Shown here in pieces: positions 1-12,000 of a DNA stretch of 64,000 nucleotides. How positions within the stretch are numbered: the first letter of the stretch is position 1; each line of letters starts with the position of its first letter. The notes beneath the pieces are model-generated. The model searched no databases. It was not told the origin of the DNA and was given only the letters and a program-made list of their open reading frames with translations. Position numbers and translations under genes: made by a program. This DNA is from Pristiophorus japonicus (taxonomy: Eukaryota), in the NCBI RefSeq assembly GCF_044704955.1, contig NC_091995.1, forward strand, positions 52,824,001 to 52,888,000, in the 5' to 3' direction.

Positions 1-3000
1 TGGTGCTCTCCACTCTCTGTCCTGTGACAGTTGGAACTGGTGCTCTCCACTCTCTGTCCTGTGACAGTTTGAACTGGTGCTCTCCACTCTCTGTCCTGTG
101 ACAGTTGGAACTGCTGCTCTCCACTCTCTGTCCTGTGACAGTTGAAACTGATGCTCTCCACTCTCTGTCCTGTGACAGTTGGAACTGGTGCTCTCCACTC
201 TCTGTCCTGTGACAGTTGGAACTGGTGCTCTCCACTCTCTGTCCTGTGACAGTTTGAACTGGTGCTCTCCACTCTCTGTCCTGTGACAGTTGGAACTGGT
301 GCTCTCCACTCTCTGTCCTGTGATAGTTTGAACTGGTGCTCTCCACTCTCCCGTCCTGTGACAGTTGGAACTGGTGCTCTCCATGCTCTGTCCTGTGACA
401 GTTTGAACTGGTGCTCTCCACTCTCTCTCCTGTGACAGTTTGAACTGGTGCTCTCCACTCTCTGTCCTGTGACAGTTTGAACTGGTGCTCTCCACTCTCT
501 GTCCTGTGACAGTTTGAACTGGTGCTCTCCACTCTCTGTCTGTGACAGTTGGAACTGGTGCTCTCCACTCTCTGTCCTGTGACAGTTTGAACTGGTGCTC
601 TCCACTCTCTGTCCTGTGACAGTTGGAACTGGTGCTCTCCACTCTCTGTCCTGTGACAGTTTGAACTGGTGCTCTCCACTTTCTATCCTGTGACAGTTGG
701 AAATGGTGCTCTCCACTCTCTGTCCTGTGACAGTTTGAACTGGTGCTCTCCACTCTCTGTCCTGTGACAGTTGGAACTGGTGCTCTCCACGCTCTGTCCT
801 GTGACAGTTTGAACTGGTGCTGTCCACTCTCTGTCCTGTGACAGTTGGAACTGGTGCTCTCCACTCTCTGTCCTGTGACAGTTTGAACTGGTGCTCTCCA
901 CTCTCTGTCCTGTGACAGTTTGAACTGGTGCTCTCCACTCTCTGTCCTGTGACAGTTTGAACTGGTGCTCTCCACTCTCTGTCCTGTGACAGTTGGAACT
1001 GGTGCTCTCCACTCTCTGTCCTGTGACAGTTTGAACTGGTGCTCTCCACTCTCTGTCCTGTGACAGTTTGAACTGGTGCTCTCCACTCTCTGTCCTGTGA
1101 CAGTTTGAACTGGTGCTCTCCACTCTCCCGTCCTGTGACAGTTGGAACTGGTGCTCTCCACACTCTGTCCTGTGACAGTTTGAACTGGTGCTCTCCACTC
1201 TCTGTCCTGTGACAGTTTGAACTGGTGCTCTCCACTCTCTGTCCTGTGACAGTTGGAACTGGTGCTCTCCACTCTCTGTCCTGTGACAGTTTGAACTGGT
1301 GCTCTCCACTCTCTGTCCTGTGACAGTTTGAACTGGTGCTCTCCACTCTCTGTCCTGTGACAGTTTGAACTGGTGCTCTCCACTCTCTGTCCTGTGACAG
1401 TTGGAACTGGTGCTCTCCACTCTCTGTCCTGTGACAGTTGGAACTGGTGCTCTCCACTCTCTGTCCTGTGACAGTTTGAACTGGTGCTCTCCACTCTCTG
1501 TCCTGTGACAGTTTGAACTCGTGCTCTCCACTCTCTGTCCTGTGACAGTTGGAACTGGTGCTCTCCACTCTCTGTCCTGTGACAGTTTGAACTGGTGCTC
1601 TCCACTCTCTGTCCTGTGACAGTTTGAACTGGTGCTCTCCACTCTCTGTCCTGTGACAGTTGGAACTGGTGCTCTCCACTCTCTGTCCTGTGACAGTTGG
1701 AACTGGTGCTCTCCACTCTCTGTCCTGTGACAGTTGGAACTGGTGCTCTCCACTCTCTGTCCTGTGACAGTTTGAACTGATGCTCTCCACTCTCTGTCCT
1801 GTGACAGTTTGAACTGGTGCTCTCCACTCTCTGTCCTGTGACAGTTTGAACTGTTGCTCTCCACTCACTGTCCTGTTACAGTTTGAACTGGTGCTCTCCA
1901 CTCTCTGTCCTCTGACAGTTTGAACTGGTGCTCTCCACTCTCCCATCCTGTGACAGTTTGAACTGGTGCTCTCCACTCTCTGTCCTGTGACAGTTGGAAC
2001 TGGTGCTCTCCACTCACTGTCCTGTGACAGTTTGAACTGGTGCTCTCCACTCTCTGTCCTGTGACAGTTTGAACTGGTGCTGTCCACTCTCTGTCCTGTG
2101 ACAGTTTGAACTGGTGCTCTCCACTCTCTGTCCTGTGACAGTTGGAACTGGTGCTCTCCACTCTCTGTCCTGTGACAGTTTGAACTGGTGCTCTCCACTC
2201 TCTGTCCTGTGACAGTTGGAACTGGTGCTCTCCACTCTCTGTCCTGTGACAGTTTGAACTGGTGCTCTCCACTCTCTGTCCTGTGACAGTTTGAACTGGT
2301 GCTCTCCACTCTCTGTCCTGTGACAGTTGGAACTGGTGCTCTCCACTCTCTGTCCTGTGACAGTTTGAACTGGTGCTCTGCACTCTCTGTCCTGTGACAG
2401 TTTGAACTGGTGCTCTCCACTCTCTGTCCTGTGACAGTTGTAACTGGTGCTCTCCACTCTCTGTCCTGTGAGAGTTGGAACTGGTGCTCTCCACTCTCTG
2501 TCCTGTGACAGTTTGAACTGGTGCTCTCCACTCTCTGTCCTGTGACAGTTGGAACTGGTGCTCCCCACTCTCTGTCCTGTGACAGTGTGAACTGGTGCTC
2601 TCCACTCTCCCGTCCTGTGACAGTTGGAACTGGTGCTCTCCACTCACTGTCCTGTGACAGTTTGAACTGGTGCTCTCCACTCTCTGTCCTGTGACAGTTG
2701 GAACTGGTGCTCTCCACTCTCTGTCCTGTGACAGTTTGAACTGGTGCTCTCCACTCTCTGTCCTGTGACAGTTGGAACTGGTGCTCTCCACTCTCTGTCC
2801 TGTGACAGTTGAAACTGATGCTCTCCACTCTCTGTCCTGTGACAGTTGGAACTGGTGCTCTCCACTCTCTGTCCTGTGACAGTTGGAACTGGTGCTCTCC
2901 ACTCTCTGTCCTGTGACAGTTTGAACTGGTGCTCTCCACTCTCTGTCCTGTGACAGTTGGAACTGGTGCTCTCCACTCTCTGTCCTGTGATAGTTTGAAC

Positions 3001-6000
3001 TGGTGCTCTCCACTCTCCCGTCCTGTGACAGTTGGAACTGGTGCTCTCCATGCTCTGTCCTGTGACAGTTTGAACTGGTGCTCTCCACTCTCTCTCCTGT
3101 GACAGTTTGAACTGGTGCTCTCCACTCTCTGTCCTGTGACAGTTTGAACTGGTGCTCTCCACTCTCTGTCCTGTGACAGTTTTAACTGGTGCTCTCCACT
3201 CTCTGTCTGTGACAGTTGGAACTGGTGCTCTCCACTCTCTGTCCTGTGACAGTTTGAACTGGTGCTCTCCACTCTCTGTCCTGTGACAGTTGGAACTGGT
3301 GCTCTCCACTCTCTGTCCTGTGACAGTTTGAACTGGTGCTCTCCACTTTCTATCCTGTGACAGTTGGAACTGGTGCTCTCCACTCTCTGTCCTGTGATAG
3401 TTTGAACTGGTGCTCTCCACTCTCTGTCCTGTGACAGTTGGAACTGGTGCTCTCCACGCTCTGTCCTGTGACAGTTTGAACTGGTGCTGTCCACTCTCTG
3501 TCCTGTGACAGTTGGAACTGGTGCTCTCCACTCTCTGTCCTGTGACAGTTTGAACTGGTGCTCTCCACTCTCTGTCCTGTGACAGTTTGAACTGGTGCTC
3601 TCCACTCTCTGTCCTGTGACAGTTTGAACTGGTGCTCTCCACTCTCTGTCCTGTGACAGTTGGGACTGGTGCTCTCCACTCTCTGTCCTGTGACAGTTTG
3701 AACTGGTGCTCTCCACTCTCTGTCCTGTGACAGTTTGAACTGGTGCTCTCCACTCTCTGTCCTGTGACAGTTTGAACTGGTGCTCTCCACTCTCCCGTCC
3801 TGTGACAGTTGGAACTGGTGCTCTCCACACTCTGTCCTGTGACAGTTTGAACTGGTGCTCTCCACTCTCTGTCCTGTGACAGTTTGAACTGGTGCTCTCC
3901 ACTCTCTGTCCTGTGACAGTTGGAACTGGTGCTCTCCACTCTCTGTCCTGTGACAGTTTGAACTGGTGCTCTCCACTCTCTGTCCTGTGACAGTTTGAAC
4001 TGGTGCTCTCCACTCTCTGTCCTGTGACAGTTGGAACTGGTGCTCTCCACTCTCTGTCCTGTGACAGTTGGAACTGGTGCTCTCCACTCTCTGTCCTGTG
4101 ACAGTTTGAACTGGTGCTCTCCTCTCTCTCTCCTGTGACAGTTTGAACTGGTGCTCTCCACTCTCTCTCCTGTGACAGTTTGAACTGGTGCTCTCCACTC
4201 TCTGTCCTGTGACAGTTTGAACTGGTGCTCTCCACTCTCTGTCCTGTGACAGTTTGAACTGGTGCTCTCCACTCACTGTCCTGTGACAGTTTGAACTGGT
4301 GCTCTCCACTCTCTGTCCTCTGACAGTTTGAACTGGTGCTCTCCACTCTCCCATCCTGTGACAGTTTGAACTGGTGCTCTCCACTCTCTGTCCTGTGACA
4401 GTTGGAACTGGTGCTCTCCACTCACTGTCCTGTGACAGTTTGAACTGGTGCTCTCCACTCTCTGTCCTGTGACAGTTTGAACTGGTGCTGTCCACTCTCT
4501 GTCCTGTGACAGTTTGAACTGGTGCTCTCCACTCTCTGTCCTGTGACAGTTTGAACTGGTGCTCTCCACTCTCTGTCCTGTGACAGTTTGAACTGGTGCT
4601 CTCCATTCTCTGTCCTGTGACAGTTTGAACTGGTGCTCTCCACTCTCTGTCCTGTGACAGTTGGAACTGGTGCTCTCCACTCTCTGTCCTGTGACAGTTT
4701 GAACTGGTGCTCTCCACTCTCTGTCCTGTGACAGTTTGAACTGGTGCTCTCCACTCTCTGTCCTGTGACAGTTTGAACTGGTGCTCTCCACTCTCTGTCC
4801 TGTGACAGTTGGAACTGGTGCTCTCCACTCTCTGTCCTGTGAAAGTTTGAACTGGTGCTCTCCACTCTCTGTCCTGTGACAGTTTGAACTGGTGCTCTCC
4901 ACTCTCTGGCCTGTGACAGTTGGAACTGGTGCTCTCCACTCTCTGTCCTGTGAGAGTTGGAACTGGTGCTCTCCACTCTCTGTCCTGTGACAGTTTGAAC
5001 TGGTGCTCTCCACTCTCTGTCCTGTGACAGTTGGAACTGGTGCTCCCCAATCTCTGTCCTGTGACAGTGTGAACTGGTGCTCTCCACTCTCCCGTCCTGT
5101 GACAGTTGGAACTGGTGCTCTCCACTCACTGTCCTGTGACAGTTTGAACTGGTGCTCTCCACTCTCTGTCCTGTGACAGTTGGAACTGGTGCTCTCCACT
5201 CTCTGTCCTGTGACAGTTTGAACTGGTGCTCTCCACTCTCTGTCCTGTGACAGTTGGAACTGGTGCTCTCCACTCTCTGTCCTGTGACTGTTGAAACTGA
5301 TGCTCTCCACTCTCTGTCCTGTGACAGTTGGAACTGGTGCTCTCCACTCTCTGTCCTGTGACAGTTGGAACTGGTGCTCTCCACTCTCTGTCCTGTGACA
5401 GTTTGAACTGGTGCTCTCCACTCTCTGTCCTGTGACAGTTGGAACTGGTGCTCTCCACTCTCTGTCCTGTGATAGTTTGAACTGGTGCTCTCCACTCTCC
5501 CGTCCTGTGACAGTTGGAACTGGTGCTCTCCACGCTCTGTCCTGTGACAGTTTGAACTGGTGCTCTCCACTCTCTCTCCTGTGACAGTTTGAACTGGTGC
5601 TCTCCACTCTCTGTCCTGTGACAGTTTGAACTGGTGCTCTCCACTCTCTGTCCTGTGACAGTTTGAACTGGTGCTCTCCACTCTCTGTCCTGTGACAGTT
5701 GGAACTGGTGCTCTCCACTCTCTGTCCTGTGACAGTTTGAACTGGTGCTCTCCACTCTCTGTCCTGTGACAGTTGGAACTGGTGCTCTCCACTCTCTGTC
5801 CTGTGACAGTTTGAACTGGTGCTCTCCACTCTCTGTCCTGTGACAGTTGGAACTGGTGCTCTCCACTCTCTGTCCTGTGACAGTTTGAACTGGTGCTCTC
5901 CACTCTCTGTCCTGTGACAGTTGGAACTGGTGCTCTCCACGCTCTGTCCTGTGACAGTTTGAACTGGTGCTGTCCACTCTCTGTCCTGTGACAGTTGGAA

Positions 6001-9000
6001 CTGGTGCTCTCCACTCTCTGTCCTGTGACAGTTTGAACTGGTGCTCTCCACTCTCTGTCCTGTGACAGTTTGAACTGGTGCTCTCCACTCTCTGTCCTGT
6101 GACAGTTTGAACTGGTGCTCTCCACTCTCTGTCCTGTGACAGTTGGAACTGGTGCTCTCCACTCTCTGTCCTGTGACAGTTTGAACTGGTGCTCTCCACT
6201 CTCTGTCCTGTGACAGTTGGAACTGGTGCTCTCCACTCTCTGTCCTGTGACAGTTTGAACTGGTGCTCTCCACTCTCTGTCCTGTGACAGTTTGAACTGG
6301 TGCTCTCCACTCTCTGTCCTGTGACAGTTTGAACTGGTGCTCTCCATTCTCTGTCCTGTGACAGTTTGAACTGGTGCTCTCCACTCTCTGTCATGTGACA
6401 GTTTGAACTGGTGCTCTCCACTCTCTGTCCTGTGACAGTTGGAACTGGTGCTCTCCACTCTCTGTCCTGTGACAGTTTGAACTGGTGCTCTCCACTCTCT
6501 GTCCTGTGACAGTTTGAACTCGTGCTCTCCACTCTCTGTCCTGTGACAGTTGAAACTGATGCTCTCCACTCTCTGTCCTGTGACAGTTGGAACTGGTGCT
6601 CTCCACTCTCTGTCCTGTGACAGTTGGAACTGGTGCTCTCCACTCTCTGTCCTGCGACAGTTTGAACTAGTGCTCTCCACTCTCTGTCCTGTGACAGTTG
6701 GAACTGGTGCTCTCCATTCTCTGTCCTGTGACAGTTTGAACTGGTGCTCTCCACTCTCCCGTCCTGTGACAGTTGGAACTGGTGCTCTCCACTCTCTGTC
6801 CTGTGACAGTTTGAACTGGTGCTCTCCACTCTCCCGTCCTGTGACAGTTGGAACTGGTGCTCTCCACTCTCTGTCCTGTGACAGTTTGAACTGGTGCTCT
6901 CCACTCTCTGTCCTGTGACAGTTGGAACTGGTGCTCTCCACTCACTGTCCTGTGACAGTTTGAACTGGTGCTCTCCACTCTCTGTCCTGTGACAGTTTGA
7001 ACTGGTGCTCTCCACTCTCCCGTCCTGTGACAGTGGGAACTGGTGCTCACACTCTCTGTCCTGTGACAGTTGGAACTGGTGCTCTCCACTCTCTGTCCTG
7101 TGACAGTTTGAACTGGTGCTCTCCACTCTCTGTCCTGTGACAGTTTGAACTGGTGCTGTCCACTCTCTGTCCTGTGACAGTTTGAACTGGTGCTCTCCAC
7201 TCTCTGTCCTGTGACAGTTGGAACTGGTGCTCTCCACTCTCTGTCCTGTGACAGTTTGAACTGGTGCTCTCCACTCTCTGTCCTGTGACAGTTTGAACTG
7301 GTGCTCTCCACTCTCTGTCCTGTGACAGTTGGAACTGGTGCTCTCCACTCTCTGTCCTGTGACAGTTTGAACTGGTGCTCTCCACTCTCTGTCCTGTGAC
7401 AGTTGGAACTGGTGCTCTCCACTCTCTGTCCTGTGACAGTTTGAACTGGTGCTCTCCACTCTCTGTCCTGTGACAGTTGGAACTGGTGCTCTCCACTCTC
7501 TGTCCTGTGACAGTTGGAACTGGTGCTCTCCACTCTCTGTCCTGTGACAGTTGGAACTGGTGCTCTCCACTCTCTGTCCTGTGACAATTTGAACTGGTGC
7601 TCTCCACTCTCTGTCCTGTGACAGTTTGAACTGGTGCTCTCCACTCTCTGTCCTGTGACAGTTGGAACTGGTGCTCTCCACTCTCTGTCCTGTGACAGTT
7701 GGAACTGGTGCTCTCCATTCTCTGTCCTGTGACAGTTTGAACTGGTGCTCTCCACTCTCCTGTGACAGTTGGGACTGGTGCTCTCCACTCTCTGTCCTGT
7801 GACAGTTGGAACTGGTGCTCTGCACTCTCTGTCCTGTGACAGTTTGAACTGGTGCTCTCCACTCTCTGTCCTGTGACAGTTTGAACTGGTGCTCTCCACT
7901 CTCCCGTCCTGTGACAGTTGGAACTGGTGCTCTGCACTCTCTGTCCTGTGACAGTTTGAACTGGTGCTCTCCACTCTCTGTCCTGTGACAGTTTGAACTG
8001 GTGCTCTCCACTCTCTGTCCTGCGACAGTTTGAACTGGTGCTCTCCACTCTCTGTCCTGTGACAGTTGGAACTGGTGCTCTCCACTCTCTGTCCTGTGAC
8101 AGTTTGAACTGGTGCTCTCCACTCTCTGTCCTGTGACAGTTTGAACTGGTGCTCTCCACTCTCTGTCCTGTGACAGTTTGAACTGATGCTCTCCACTCTC
8201 TGTCCTGCGACAGTTTGAACTGGTGCTCTCCACTCTCTGTCCTGTGACAGTTGGAACTGGTGCTCTCCACTCTCTGTCCTGTGACAGTTGAAACTGATGC
8301 TCTCCACTCTCTGTCCTGTGACAGTTGGAACTGGTGCTCTCCACTCTCTGTCCTGTGACAGTTGGAACTGGTGCTCTCCACTCTCTGTCCTGTGACAGTT
8401 TGAACTGGTGCTCTCCACTCTCTGTCCTGTGACAGTTGGAACTGGTGCTCTCCACTCTCTGTCCTGTGATAGTTTGAACTGGTGCTCTCCACTCTCCCGT
8501 CCTGTGACAGTTGGAACTGGTGCTCTCCACTCTCTGTCCTGTGACAGTTTGAACTGGTGCTCTCCACTCTCTCTCCTGTGACAGTTTGAACTGGTGCTCT
8601 CCACTCTCTGTCCTGTGACAGTTTGAACTGGTGCTCTCCACGCTCTGTCCTGTGACAGTTTGAACTGGTGCTCTCCACTCTCTGTCCTGTGACAGTTGGA
8701 ACTGGTGCTCTCCACTCTCTGTCCTGTGACAGTTTGAACTGGTGCTCTCCACTCTCTGTCCTGTGACAGTTGGAACTGGTGCTCTCCACTCTCTGTCCTG
8801 TGACAGTTTGAACTGGTGCTCTCCACTCTCTGTCCTGTGACAGTTGGAACTGGTGCTCTCCACTCTCTGTCCTGTGACAGTTTGAACTGGTGCTCTCCAC
8901 TCTCTGTCCTGTGACAGTTGGAACTGGTGCTCTCCACGCTCTGTCCTGTGACAGTTTGAACTGGTGCTGTCCACTCTCTGTCCTGTGACAGTTGGAACTG

Positions 9001-12000
9001 GTGCTCTCCACTCTCTGTCCTGTGACAGTTTGAACTGGTGCTCTCCACTCTCTGTCCTGTGACAGTTTGAACTGGTGCTCTCCACTCTCTGTCCTGTGAC
9101 ACTTTGAACTGGTGCTCTCCACTCTCTGTCCTGTGACAGTTGGAACTGGTGCTCTCCACTCTCTGTCCTGTGACAGTTGGAACTGGTGCTCTCCACTCTC
9201 TGTCCTGTGACAGTTTGAACTGGTGCTCTCCACTCTCTGTCCTGTGACAGTTTGAACTGGTGCTCTCCACTCTCTGTCCTGTGACAGTTGGAACTGGTGC
9301 TCTCCACTCTCTGTCCTGTGACAGTTTGAACTGGTGCTCTCCACTCTCTGTCCTGTGACAGTTTGAACTGGTGCTCTCCACTCTCTGTCCTGTGACAGTT
9401 GGAACTGGTGCTCTCCACTCTCTGTCCTGTGACAGTTGGAACTGGTGCTCTCCACTCTCTGTCCTGTGACAGTTGGAACTGGTGCTCTCCACTCTCTGTC
9501 CTGTGACAGTTTGAACTGGTGCTCTCCACTCTCTGTCCTGTGACAGTTGAAACTGGTGCTCTCCACTCTCTGTCCTGTGACAGTTGAAACTGATGCTCTC
9601 CACTCTCTGTCCTGTGACAGTTGGAACTGGTGCTCTCCACTCTCTGTCCTGTGACAGTTGGAACTGGTGCTCTCCACTCTCTGTCCTGCGACAGTTTGAA
9701 CTAGTGCTCTCCACTCTCTGTCCTGTGACAGTTGGAACTGGTGCTCTCCATTCTCTGTCCTGTGACAGTTTGAACTGGTGCTCTCCACTCTCCCGTCCTG
9801 TGACAGTTGGAACTGGTGCTCTCCACGCTCTGTCCTGTGACAGTTTGAACTGGTGCTCTCCACTCTCCCGTCCTGTGACAGTTGGAACTGGTGCTCTGCA
9901 CTCTCTGTCCTGTGACAGTTTGAACTGGTGCTCTCCACTCTCTGTCCTGTGACAGTTTGAACTGGTGCTCTCCACTCTCTGTCCTGTGACAGTTGGAACT
10001 GGTGCTCTCCACTCACTGTCCTGTGACAGTTTGAACTGGTGCTCTCCACTCTCTGTCCTGTGACAGTTTGAACTGGTGCTCTCCACTCTCCCGTCCTGTG
10101 ACAGTGGGAACTGGTGTTCACACTCTCTGTCCTGTGACAGTTTGAACTGGTGCTCTCCACTCTCTGTCCTGTGACAGTTTGAACTGGTGCTCTCCACTCT
10201 CTGTCCTGTGACAGTTTGAACTGGTGCTCTCCACTCTCCCGTCCGGTGACAGTTGGAACTGGTGCTCTCCACTCTCTGTCCTGTGACAGTTTGAACTGGT
10301 GCTCTCCACTCTCTGTCCTGTGACAGTTGGAACTGGTGCTCTCCACTCTCTGTCCTGTGACAGTTTGAACTGGTGCTCTCCACTCTCTGTCCTGTGACAG
10401 TTTGAACTGGTGCTCTCCACTCTCTGTCCTGTGACAGTTGGAACTGGTGCTCTCCACTCTCTGTCCTGTGAAAGTTTGAACTGGTGCTCTCCACTCTCTG
10501 TCCTGTGACAGTTGGAACTGGTGCTCTCCACTCTCTGTCCTGTGACAGTTTGAACTGGTGCTCTCCACTCTCTGTCCTGTGACAGTTTGAACTGGTGCTC
10601 TCCACTCTCCCGTCCTGTGACAGTTGGAACTGGTGCTCTGCACTCTCTGTCCTGTGACAGTTTGAACTGGTGCTCTCCACTCTCTGTCCTGTGACAGTTT
10701 GAACTGGTGCTCTCCACTCTCTGTCCTGCGACAGTTTGAACTGGTGCTCTCCACTCTCTGTCCTGTGACAGTTGGAACTGGTGCTCTCCACTCTCTGTCC
10801 TGTGACAGTGGGAACTGGTGCTCTCCACCCACTGTCCTGTGACAGTTGGAACTGGTGCTCTCCACTCTCTGTCCTGTGACAGTTTGAACTGGTGCTCTCC
10901 ACTCTCTGTCCTGTGACAGTTGGAACTGGTGCTCTCCACTCTCTGTCCTGTGACAGTTTGAACTGGTGCTCTCCACTCTCTGTCCTGTGACAGTTTGAAC
11001 TGGTGCTCTCCACTCTCTGTCCTGTGACAGTTGGAACTGGTGCTCTCCACTCTCTGTCCTGTGACAGTTTGAACTGGTGCTCTCCACTCTCTGTCCTGTG
11101 ACAGTTGGAACTGGTACTCTCCACTCTCTGTCCTGTGACAGTTGGAACTGGTGCTCTCCACTCTCTGTCCTGTGACAGTTGGAACTGGTGCTCTCCACTC
11201 TCTGTCCTGTGACAGTTTGAACTGGTGCTCTCCACTCTCTGTCCTGTGACAGTTGAAACTGGTGCTCTCCACTCTCTGTCCTGTGACAGTTGAAACTGAT
11301 GCTCTCCACTCTCTGTCCTGTGACAGTTGGAACTGGTGCTCTCCACTCTCTGTCCTGTGACAGTTGGAACTGGTGCTCTCCACTCTCTGTCCTGCGACAG
11401 TTTGAACTAGTGCTCTCCACTCTCTGTCCTGTGACAGTTGGAACTGGTGCTCTCCATTCTCTGTCCTGTGACAGTTTGAACTGGTGCTCTCCACTCTCCC
11501 GTCCTGTGACAGTTGGAACTGGTGCTCTCCACGCTCTGTCCTGTGACAGTTTGAACTGGTGCTCTCCACTCTCCCGTCCTGTGACAGTTGGAACTGGTGC
11601 TCTCCACTCTCTGTCCTGTGACAGTTTGAACTGGTGCTCTCCACTCTCTGTCCTGTGACAGTTTGAACTGGTGCTCTCCACTCTCTGTCCTGTGACAGTT
11701 GGAACTGGTGCTCTCCACTCACTGTCCTGTGACAGTTTGAACTGGTGCTCTCCACTCTCTGTCCTGTGACAGTTTGAACTGGTGCTCTCCACTCTCCCGT
11801 CCTGTGACAGTGGGAACTGGTGCTCACACTCTCTGTCCTGTGACAGTTTGAACTGGTGCTCTCCACTCTCTGTCCTGTGACAGTTGGAACTGGTGCTCTC
11901 CACTCACTGTCCTGTGACAGTTTGAACTGGTGCTCTCCACTCTCTGTCCTGTGACAGTTTGAACTGGTGCTCTCCACTCTCCCGTCCGGTGACAGTTGGA